Shown: positions 11,800 to 22,370 of the stretch, one piece after another
How the letters are laid out: each line of letters opens with the position of its first letter
Position numbering within the stretch: the stretch's first letter is position 1
Source: Camelus ferus
Lineage: Eukaryota
DNA: 64,000 bases
NCBI RefSeq assembly: GCF_009834535.1
Contig: NC_045715.1
Location: 14,632,001 to 14,696,000 of the forward strand
Direction: 5' to 3'
Made by a program: the position numbers and the translations under genes
Notes under the pieces: model-generated
Told to the model about the DNA's origin: nothing
Database searches by the model: none
What the model saw: the letters and a program-made list of their open reading frames with translations, nothing else

Positions 11800-11940
11800 G
11801 ACGATTTCCTCAAGACAGTATTATCACCCTCAGGCTACAGGTGGAAAACTAGAGGTCAGAGAGTCGGAGTGATTTTCCCAGGGTTGCAGAGCTAATAAAT
11901 TGTGGAACTTGTCCCGGAATCTAACACCAGTGCCCTTTCA
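11800..11940 (-). mobile_element. MIR fragment
   Basis: ctacaggtggaaaactagaggtcagagagtcggagtgattttcccagggttgcagagctaataa. Confidence 0.65.
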
Positions 11941-13164
11941 CTCCACCTTGGCGCCCATCACAGCCTACATGTAATAAGAGCATTTCTAGAAGATGAGAGT
12001 TGTCTTCTAGTTCCCTAGGCTGTGGTGTTATTTTAGAAGCCATAGAATATGCTTGGAAACGCCCCAAGTTTCAGAAAACACTGCTAAAATCCTTCCAAGT
12101 AAAGCTGTGAGATGCTGCCTGGAACATCCACTTTTCACTGTTTCTCTTCCACGGATCTAAAAGCATTTTTTGAGAATCTGAGAAAAAAATTTTTTTTCCG
12201 TACTATCCATGCCATCAGTCCTGAGAGACAGATTTTTTCCTCCCTGTTTATGCCTGAAATTTAGCAGAAATTCTATTTTCTTCTAGTAGATTCTAGTATC
12301 AGCATCCAAAGGATTTTCCTTCTTAGCATATAATCTTGGAACCCTTGAAAGTGCATTGTGTGGGGGGGAGTGAGGAACATGGAAATATAACATCTCTATT
12401 TGGAAATAAATTTTAGGCTTAGCCTAGAAATAGATTTTAAGGTGGGCTTTCTTCTTATATCCACTGGCTTGGGTGTAAAGGAGGTCCTTTCTAGAGAGGA
12501 ACTTTCCCACGTTGATGCAGCTAGCATTGGAGTTAGCTTGCTGTTTGCTGCTCTGGAATCTATCTTTGGGGTCTTTCCACCGGCCTTCATCCCTCACCCT
12601 CAGTCTGGGTCAGGTAAATTGCATAGTATCCTTCCACCAGGGAACTCCAGAAGAATCCTCTGCTTTCCTTTAGATTCTCCCGATTCCTACCCCATTTCCA
12701 TTCACCTCCAGCAGTTTTTGTCATAGCGTCATGTGCCTTTCTTGCCAACACCCTTCAGCCCCTGCCTTTCCTGAAACTCATCTCCTGGCCGGTCCCCAGA
12801 GCGTGGCAGCCAATTTGCTCTTGATTCCTGTAACTGCTTTGCTTTCTCTCTTCGCACTGGCTGCTGGAGGGCCCCCGATTTGAAGAGCGCTTTGGCTCAC
12901 ATTTGCAACTTCTTCCTTCCCAGATAGGTGCTGCATGCTCAAGTTCCAGACTTCCGTCTCCTGTTGCCTGCCCTTCTGTAAGGCTGCTCTGATTTCTAGC
13001 CTTTTTTATTGTCAGAAAGGATTGTTAGGTTGGTGGGCAGAACGTTTCCCAGCCAAACGCTTTCTTTAATGAAGAGCAAAGGTCATTACATTTTGTTTAA
13101 TTTTTAAAGTATGTTTTATTTTCATTAGGTAATACACAAACTTGTCACAGAAAACAACTTGTTA

Positions 13165-13325
13165 ATGGGAAGTTGTTTAATAGGTAGAGTTTTGACTTTG
13201 CAAGATGAGAAAGTTCCGGAGATTGGCTGCACCACTGCATGAATATGCTTAAGACTATACTTAACTGTATACTTAAAAACAGTTAAGATGGTCAATTTAT
13301 ACGTATTTTACCATGATTGAAAGAA
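13165..13325 (+). mobile_element. L1M 3' terminal fragment
   Basis: gttgtttaataggtagagttttgactttgcaagatgagaaagttccggagattgg...cagttaagatggtcaattt. Confidence 0.8.
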
Positions 13326-13519
13326 AGCCCCAGAATGACTTGTCTTAAATTTTATATATATTTTACAAGCTGTCTCAATCCTTTTAGGAACAAGGTGTCT
13401 GCAAATAAAGAAATAAGATGTCTGTATTTCCACCATTTCGTCTGTCTGGTGTTGGCTTAGAGTGTCCACCTTTGCTTCTATACACATAAGTGCTTTTTAT
13501 GGACACAGAGCCATAATCA

Positions 13520-13673
13520 CAGTGCCGTCCTCCCTCAGTATCCAGGGGGACTGGTTCCAGGAGTCCCCACAGGTACCAAAATCCGAGGATGCTCAAGTCC
13601 CTTATGTCAATGGCATAGTACGGTCGGTCCTCCCTCCGTGGATGCGAAACCCGCCGATACGGAGAGCCGACTG
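13520..13673. mobile_element. MER2-like (Tigger) MITE, internally deleted
   Basis: cctcagtatccagggggactggttccaggag...aaaatccgaggatgctcaagtccctt...gatacggagagccgactg followed by TA. Homologous in inverted orientation to the copy at 30824. Confidence 0.8.
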
Positions 13674-15081
13674 TATTTAAGGTGACACGGTTCTTCTTAC
13701 AGGCCTTACTGTGCTGCTTCTTTGTCGACCTTTCAGTGCCTCAAAGTAACCCTGTCCAGACAGAGGTAGATGCCCAGGCTCTGAATCCTCCTTTTTGCTC
13801 TTTGGTGCCAGGATGATCACATTACAGTGGCACCCCCGTCCGTGTTCTCAGGCGCCCACTATACTGTCGATAATCATGGAAAAGGAAGTTGATGTCTTTG
13901 GAGTAATGTCCTCTAGCTCTGTTTTCTTCCAATTTATTAAATGTGAAAAAAACAAGGTCACGGTCAAAGCCCCCGGTAGAAAAGGCATTTCTCAAAAAAC
14001 TGCTGGAAGCGTCATGCTGACAAGAAGTCAGGGGGTTATTATCAAAGCAACTTTGAGACGTGGGCTCTTCCAGGGAAAAAAGATGCCGCGTACACCTGCC
14101 GCGTGTCCTCTGACCGTCACCTCTGGCTGCGCTGTGTTGCTTGCTGGCCCTCGTGATGTCAGGAATCTGTTTAATTGTCTTAGGGTGCTTTAAAGCTTCT
14201 CGGAGATTCAGGTGACTATTTCAAACACCAGGATTTTTTTTTTTAATGGTTGAGGGGATAAAAAATAATCAGAAACATAACAACACTTGGATCATTTTTG
14301 AAGTGCATCTATTTTTGTTTTCTGCCTGAAACCAAAATGCTCTTGGCAAAGTCTGTCCCTGAAATGATAAATATCTTAAGTCACGGAGTCCAAAAGAAGG
14401 CAGGGGGCCCAGTGTGCTAGAAACCAAAGCGGGAAACAAATCCAAATTTGAATGTTTGACTGTGATTGCCTGGGTGAGTGAAGCCTTGGACAAAATAGAA
14501 CTTTCTTCGTACGGAAGAAAAAAAACCCAGATATTTATTGCTACCCAGTTACTTGACAAGGATGCTTGGCTCTAACAGCAGCTTTGCAAAGCATGAGAAG
14601 TTACTGAGGTTTCTGCATCTCCAAACTAAATGCTCTTGGAGGTTTTTTTCTAAACACAAAACATCTAAGCACAAACATCATCTGAATAATTGCTGTGAAG
14701 GAATTTGGCTTCTCAGACGGTCTTTAAAAATCTGTTCGCTTCCCAGGCTGTTTTATTTTTTTCATTCCTTCTTCTGTGTGTTAAGGGGAGATCAGCAGAA
14801 GAGGCCACTATATTCATCATGTATTTTTATATTTACGTCTTCTCTCTTTTGCACCTATTTGGCGAATCCTTGCTTTTGTGTTTCTTCTCATTTTCTTGGC
14901 TCACTTTTTGAAAGTTCTAGTTCTTAGATGTCTTAGAACAGCCAGCCACATTTGAACCCTGAAACGAGTTTGTTAGGCATTCAGGATATGAGGGGATTGG
15001 TTTTTTTGTTTTGTTTTTGTTTTTTTAATCAATACTTCTCAATCCATTCTCTGCCCAAGGGTATTAAAGGCAGGTAGTAAT

Positions 15082-15225
15082 GGGGGGAGAGTATAACTCC
15101 GTGGTAGAGCGTGTGCTTAACATGCGCAAGATCCTGGGTTCAATCCCTAGTACCTCTGTTTAAAAAATAAGTAAATTAATAAACCTAATTATCACCCCTC
15201 CCCGAAAAAGGATCATTTTTTTAAA
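15082..15225 (+). mobile_element. tRNA-derived SINE, Vic-1-like (camelid)
   Basis: ggggggagagtataactccgtggtagagcg (A box)...gggttcaatccc (B box)...taaacctaattatcacccc. Degenerate TSD aaaggcaggtagtaatg / aaaagcagataataatg. Confidence 0.88.
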
Positions 15226-15239
15226 AAGCAGATAATAAT

Positions 15240-15340
15240 GGAAAATACTTACGTTGGGCCAGGCACCATTCTTAACACTTTAAATAAATTAACTCAGCCC
15301 TCCTATAGGTTCTATCCTTATCCTGCAGAGACAGAAGGAG
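15240..15340 (-). mobile_element. MIR fragment
   Basis: ccaggcaccattcttaacactttaaataaattaactca...tatccttatcctgcagagacagaaggag. Confidence 0.55.
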
Positions 15341-17929
15341 GGGCACAGGGAGGTGAAGGAACCACCCCAGTGTTTTCTAGGTAGTGAGCGAAGAGCTGGG
15401 AGGGGCGCAGGGGCCGTCCTGGGCCAGCACATGGCGCTCCCTGAGGATGGAGCTTCCTGGGTGGTGTGCTGGGGAAGGTTTAACAACCAGTTCTCAAGCA
15501 AACAAAAAAAAAAGTCCTCATTGGTAACAGCCTTCGCCGATTTCCGTGGCTCAGTACTCTCACTGGCCCATTTCAGGCTGCTAGTCGGAACTCAGCTGGC
15601 TCCCGATCTTCCTGAAAATGGAAATCATCGGCTTTCCTGAGCCAGTACCAGGCAGCTCCAGCACATCCTCTCCATATTTCCTTCAGCATCAAGGGATGGA
15701 CAGTCTGTGCGCGAGGTTCCACCACCTTGGCACACTTTCCCGAGACTGACTGTCTAGGGAGGTTTTCCAGGGAGAGCCGGCTGCCTCTGTGCCTGCCTCC
15801 CATCTCCTCAGCCCACTCCTGACTTCTGGCTTCCCTTTGTGGCTGGGCAGCGCTGTGCCTGGGAGTCAGGACCAGGCCAGCGAGTCCCGCTCACAGGGCA
15901 GGTAGCAGCTTGCTTAGGCCAGCAAACACACAGGAAAGCAAAGGGGACCTTTTTGGCAGAAGGGTGAGGATGGAAGGGCTGAGTTGCTAAGGGGAGGAGA
16001 TGACAGCCGTCCAGAGGTGATGGAGAAGTGGCCCACCATCAGGACTCCATCCTCGTTCCCTAGGCGAGGACCTGGGCTCGAGGGCATCATGGCCTGTACT
16101 AAGAGAGCTAGTTAGTTTATGGCAGATCCTGGTCTCTTGCGAAAAGGAAATTTATTTTAAGACTATTAATAGGGACGTGCATGAATACCTCCACCCCCCA
16201 GGGTGACTTTCATTGATGTCGGATCTTAGGTCACAGGAGATACACTGGCGTCGATCTGTCGGAGACACAGCAGGAGGGGATGGTGGGCCTGGTTCACCGA
16301 GGGAGGATGGCGTGGCTTGACCACTTTCCACTCTCAGTTAAGGCTCTCACTTTGGTTCTCTGGGGACTGGCCCTGTGGCGTCCACACTGTGTCTCAGCAC
16401 AGCTTTCCGCAAGCCCCCTGACTGGGCCTGGGCTTTGCTTGATGTCCACGGGAGCCTTGGAAATAGCTTAAATCCACACAGACGGAATCAGCCCGTGAGT
16501 TTTCCAGGGGTGGAGAATGGGGAGATGTGCTTGTGGCGGCTTCTTTTGAGTTTGTTCAACCCAGAAAGGGAAGTTGGGGTGAAATGCACAAGAGAACCAG
16601 AGTAGGCTTTTTATTTTAATTTTTGATGTATCTGTTTTTTGGTGGGGAGGGGGTTGTTTGTGCTGCTAAGGAGAAATCTCGCTTGTGATCTATTGTCAAC
16701 TGCTTTTTGGTTGTCACCGTATACCACTTAAGGGACCGCATTTCAACTCTACTTTCTGGATTCCAGCCTTGATTTCCACTGAGAGAAGAACATTCGGTTT
16801 CCTATGACATGACGGGAAAGAGCTGCTCTGAGACTGAGAGCGGGGCGGGTGGGGCCTCACCTGCGGTGCGGGCCGGCAAGGCAGGAAATGGCACCCTTCA
16901 TCATTACGTTCGTGTCTGTGCTCGGTTCCACCCCAGTGGCCGGGCACCTTCATCATTGCTGCTGAGGCTGGACGGGCTGGTTACACGTCTCCCTGTTTCC
17001 AGAGGGTTCTCTTTGAGCTCCAGACAGAATGATTAATGGCCCTTTAGGTCCACCCTAACAGACTGAGGAGACAACTATACCTCATTCTTGGGGAAACAAG
17101 CCCCAGGACATACATTATCGAGGAAAACTGAGATGGCCAACGAGCTATTTCATTAGGTATTTATCAGCTCTAGCCTTTATTGTAGGACTTTATTCAGTTT
17201 TTATATACATATTTGTATGAATATTTAAAATATACAGACATGTGTAGTATCTATACACACTATTAAAAACCAGAAGAAAGCACTAAATACTAGAATATTA
17301 TTCAGGAATTGCTTTTCTTACATTCTTTTTCTTATTACAAAGGATGGAGACGACTTAGATAAAAGGAGGTTTAAATGAAAAAGAAACTAAAAATAATCTA
17401 TTTTTAAAATCACACAAATATACCGCTATTAACAATTTGCTATATTTCTTTCCAGTTCTTTGTCGATGCACACAGAAACGTTTCTTGAAACAATGAGGAA
17501 ACAGTGTTATAATTGCTTTTTTAATCTTAATATATTATAAGGACTAAACAGGATACATTATAAAAAAGTTTTAACACTACCTAATAGTATCCACTAAATA
17601 AAAGTTCGCTGTTACAATTATTATTTTCTTCCTGTATAAATATTATTACCTATTTTATTTCTAGTTATAAACAATCCTATAATGAAAATTTCATGGACAG
17701 ATTTGTACACACAACCGTTATTATTTCTTTAATATGGTTCCTTGGAGGAGAATTGCTGGGTTGAAGGATATTCACTTACTTATTAAGCAGCTCTTTACTG
17801 AGTGTTTACAGTTTGCCAGCAACTGTCTTAGGAACCAGAAATAACAACCAGAATAACAAGACACACTTGGTACCTGCTCTGGTGGAACTTACACTCCAGG
17901 GAGAAAGGAAAAATAATTAAACAGTTACA

Positions 17930-19010
17930 GGAAATTCTAAGAAAAGCAAATTCAAATGATCAATAAAAATAGAAAAATGCTCAGCCTCCCCAGCGGGGAG
18001 GGAAATGCAAATTAAAATATCAAGGAGATGCCACTTTTACACCTATTTGATTGACAGAACTAGCAAACACCAAAAGCTGGCCAGGATGTAGAAGAGGTGG
18101 GTGCTCATGGATTCATACTGCTGGCTGAAATCTGAATTATGATGACAGCCTTTTAGGAGAGTAATCTGGCCACACCTATAAAAGAAATAATAAAATGCAT
18201 GTATACTTTAACTCAGCACTCTAGGGAATTTATCCCACGGAAATAATATTTAAGAGCATACACTTGGAGGGGATCAGAATACGCCACCCCAAAATATGCC
18301 ACTTCAGCAAATAGATTATTTTGAACTGGAGGAGTCATAGGGAGAATTCTCTGCCAAAAGCAGGGTACAAATTTCCATTTGTAAAGATATCCCCCCTCCC
18401 CTCTCATAGCAGGAAGAAGAGAGGGCTGGGGGCAGCACTGACGTGAGTCTGTGTAAACAAACCTCACTAAAATGACCCTTACCTTCCATTAGTTTCCCCC
18501 ATACATTTTCTGTCCCACAGTTGACCAGCCCTAGAAAGCCCAAACCCCTTTTCTTCTGTCTTGTCAATTCTCCATACTTGGTCACCCTTTGTTAAAATGG
18601 TGTTTAAAGACCTCAGACCTAACCACTTCTTCAGGCTTTCACTTCTTTACTGTGTAAGAAAATTCTCTCCAGTTAAGCTGTCTTTGTCAAGTTCATTCAG
18701 TCCTCAGGAGCTGAAGATCAGAGATCAGAGGAAACAGTTTTTACCCTCTCCCCTGCACACTGAACAGTGTTGCATCTTTGCTCATAGTGGCAAAAAAACT
18801 GGAAACCGATCAAAAGAGGAGTTATGGTGTAATCACTCCATGGGGATTTTTATGCATTTGCTGTTTCTTGCAAGCTATCCCATATATGTGATATTTTACG
18901 TATATACATACATATATATATATAAAGAAATTAGGAAAAATTAGATTTAGGAATATCCATGATACAGTATTAAACCAAAAAAAAAGGAGAAAGGAAAAAA
19001 TAGTTTCAGA
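17930..19010 (+). mobile_element. Old L1 (L1ME-like) 3' region split by the ERV1 LTR
   Basis: aaatgctcagcctcccc...aaatgcaaattaaaa...gagatgccacttttacacct before the LTR, and catctttgctcatagtggcaaaaaaactggaaac after it. Confidence 0.65.
18265..18757 (+). mobile_element. ERV1-class solo LTR (MER34/MER39-like)
   Basis: TG...CA termini and the 5' motif gatcagaatacgccaccccaaaatatgccactt. Perfect 4-bp TSD CACT at 18261-18264 and 18758-18761. Confidence 0.88.
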
Positions 19011-19184
19011 GTAAGAAAAAGGTATGCTTCTCTTTGAGTGAAAAGCAAGCCAACAAACTCAAATATGTGTATAAGCCTGTATACTTATATGGGATCCAGG
19101 CGAAATGTGTTTACAGATACCTAGCATCATATTAATACTGATTTCTGTGGGGAGATGGGATTGGGTAGATGGCTAGCTTTTTTC

Positions 19185-19320
19185 TTTTACAGCTTATTTT
19201 TTCAAAGGGTTCTGGGCTGGCTGGCTGGCTTGTTTGTTTGTTTAATGGAGGTACTAGGGATTGAACGCAGGACCTCGTGCGTGCTAAGTACGTGCTCTAC
19301 CACTGAGCCGTACCCTCCCC
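19185..19320 (-). mobile_element. Vic-1-like SINE
   Basis: Reverse complement ggggagggtacggctcagtggtagagcacgtacttagcacgcacgaggtcctgcgttcaatccctagtacctccatt, with a simple-repeat tail. Confidence 0.88.
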
Positions 19321-21448
19321 CATCTTTATACCTTGTTTTGTATTACTTCTGTAAAGTATCAAAGAGAATTTTAACAATTAGCAGTTTTATAACTGACAAA
19401 ATACTGCAGAGAAGATTGAGAGTGTTCTGGGAGCTCACAGCAGAAGCACCCAGCACTCCTTCTCGAACTATGATTTGTATTATCCGTCTGAAGGGTGAGA
19501 TACAGGCCAAATGCTTGTCCAGGAATCAAGAGGCCGTGACTGGGTGTCAGTAATAAGTTGTGGCCATGATCGCTGGTTATTGCTTTTAGACTATGAGATG
19601 CTGCTCTCCTGCCTAGATGCATTGCTTGGGCTCCCTGGAGTTAATTGAAGAATTTTAACTGGGACACAGAATTTAAAATAGGTTATCTGTCGTGAGGAAG
19701 AAGAGTTAGCTTTCAGCTCTGGGGCGTTCCCCTCTCTGGCTCTCAAGCTTTTCATCCATGTGGTGGGTATTTTCTTTTTACTCTCCGCATAAGGTGGTCA
19801 GCAGGACCCCACGAGGTAACATAGATGAAAATGCTCAGCACAAAAGCTGTCACAAGGTAAATCCTCACAATGTGTTCTTTGATCTCTCAGAGCCGCCCTA
19901 AAGAACAGAGGAGGAGCAGATGGGAGGGTGCTTTGGAAGGTGTAGGGTGTGGTACCCAGGGGAGGCAATCAAAGGCAGCAGGAGAGCCAGCGTTAGAGCC
20001 CGAGGGCCTGGGCGGCCACCTCATTTCTCAGATGTGCTCTTTGCACACTTTCACTGCCAAAAGTTTAACCAAGTTCAAGGAATGGGTGACCAGGCTAATG
20101 GCCAGGAGAATGAGGAACTGGGTAAAGTTAGTGCTCCAAAGAAATGTCTGGCACAGAGTCCTGATTTCCGGAACTTTCCAGTGCTGGCAGGTGTGAGATT
20201 GTGCAGTCACCGAGAGCCTTGCCAAGGAGATCCGATGCTAACTGCTGAGCACAGAGGGGAAAGTCCCTTGGTGGGTTGTGTGTGTGCTTCGAAGGGCAAG
20301 TCACAGAAGAGGCTAAAACAAGTATCAGGTCCAAAAACACTCTGCAGGCACTGAGACTTGGCCAGTTACAGAGTCAGAGTGTTTTGACCAGCTCCTAAGT
20401 GTGGGGCAAAGCGAGGAGACGGCGCTTGTCCCCTAGCATCCTTTCATGATGTTCTGTGTGTACCAAGTGTCTCCGAGCACAAGGGAAAAATATTTGAAAA
20501 GACAAGAAAAGGGGGAGAAGTACTGGTTTATATTTGTGAAACTGAAGCCTTCACATATCATCTCCCCCTCCCCTCCCCACCCCTGTATCCACCCAAAACG
20601 CGGTAGGCATCCCAGCCTTGTTTCAGATCCAGGTTTAATCGTGCTGCACGATTTCTTCGTTGACAGCTTTGACCTTGAGGGAGAAATCTGCTTCCAAACT
20701 ATTCCCAGTCCTAATCCTTCTAAGAGAGGAAATGGAGCTACTGTGATGGTTGGATGCACCCACGTGTACCCTGGCTGGGGGAGGGGAAGGAGACGAGGGC
20801 AGCCTTGAGTCTGCCAGTAGGTCAAGGTCAGATGGCAAAGGGCAGAGGATGAGAGTGTGACTAAAACACGTATACCTTGGCTTTGAGTTCTGAGGTGAGA
20901 GTATTTCCTGGTTAGCCTCCTTTCTTACCCCTCTCTAACCTGCCCCTTTCTGGCTTGATGACCTTCCTATCTTAGTATAAGTCATGGCGGAAATCCTGTG
21001 AAACAGCTGAGCTCAGGCAAATCCCCCTCCTGTTCTGGCATCCTGCAGTCAGCAGGGGTAGCCGTAGACGCTGTTAACTAGTTACTAACACTAATTATCT
21101 GTTTAGAGCTGGTTGTGTCTGTTGGCCACAGACACACAAAGGCTTTGGTATAAAAACGGCAGCCACAGATCACAGCTCAGTAGAATCCTGGGTTTATATG
21201 AACAAATATTCAGAAAAATTGAAGATACTTTGTATTCAATGGCTTTAAAAAAAAAATCAGTCACAAAATGGCTCTTGGTATTTTGAGGGGGATGGTGGGC
21301 CTGGTTCCGCTGGTGTTTCTGAGGACAGGTAGCTTTCCTTTTCTCATACGTCAGATGAGGAGGCTGAATTAGAAGATTGCTATGGTTTCCCTTCTTTAAA
21401 AAAAAAAATTATATGATTCCACAACTCTTCTGCCTCAGGCAACCATTT

Positions 21449-21566
21449 GGGATGACCAGATTGACAAATATTTGGGACATACTTATTCTAGAAAACCATT
21501 CATTGTTCAACCATTGTTTAAATTCAGATTTAACTGGGTGTTCTGTGTTGTATCTGGCAACCCTAC
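21449..21566. mobile_element. MER53 MITE, left arm largely deleted
   Basis: aaatatttgggacatacttat...aaattcagatttaactgggtgttctgtgttgtatctggcaacccta. Confidence 0.8.
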
Positions 21567-22013
21567 AGCAGTTAAATTTTGGTTGGGAGGAGAGAGACCC
21601 TGGTTCCCCTTGCCCGGGCAGCAGGCAGGACCAGTCAAAAGTGCCTGTGAGATATGGCTCCTTCCCACCGGCCCGGCCTGGAGACCCCGCTGTCCCTCGG
21701 CTCTTTTCTCATCAGGGACGTAACAAACTAAACTCTCTCCAGATCTTTCTAGGCAGGAGAGCTCAAACTTATATTTCATATGGCCACATTTCCAATCAGT
21801 ATTTAAAGAAAAAAACTCCCTTTCGCTACAAGGAGACAATTTTTTTTCTATCTCCATGGAAATAAGTTCTAACACATATTTTCTGCAGGTCCTCCTCAGC
21901 AGAAAATCTTGGACATCGTATGCATTGGACTAGAAGTCGTTTTGTTAGTGTGACATGAACAGCACTTCAGGGAAAACAGGAGTCCTCTGAATTCGGAAGT
22001 AGAATTTGCCTTC

Positions 22014-22125
22014 TTTTCTTTTTCCTTTTTTTTTTTTTTTTTTAAATGGAGGTACTGGGGATTGAACCCAGGACCCCCTGCATGCTAAGCATGTGCTCTA
22101 CCACTGAGCTACACCACTTCTTCCA
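22014..22125 (-). mobile_element. Vic-1-like SINE, short form with perfect 13-bp TSD
   Basis: A box and B box intact on the minus strand, T18 tail at 22026-22043, TSD agaatttgccttc at 22001-22013 and 22126-22138. Confidence 0.92.
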
Positions 22126-22229
22126 AGAATTTGCCTTCAGAAGAAAAGTGGGAAGAGATTTACATCTGTGTAGCATTTGTTAGCTTATAAAATTTTTTCT
22201 TATCTTGTTTGAGTTAATTTTTTACAAAT

Positions 22230-22370
22230 AACCCAATTAAAGGGGTATTGTGTTAGTTCCGTTTTATAGGTAAGGAATTTGGCTTAGAAATGTTACATTT
22301 CTTACCCACATCGCCCAGCAAGTCAATGGAAGATGGGGCTCGAACCCAGTTCTTTGACCACAGCTACATT
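22230..22370 (-). mobile_element. MIR fragment
   Basis: gttagttccgttttataggtaaggaatttggcttagaaatgttacatttcttacccacatcgcccagcaagtcaatggaagatggggctcgaacccag. Confidence 0.7.

Noticed and set aside
21149-21156. TATAAAAA as a core promoter
   Set aside because: It is an isolated motif with no CpG island or recognisable downstream exon.
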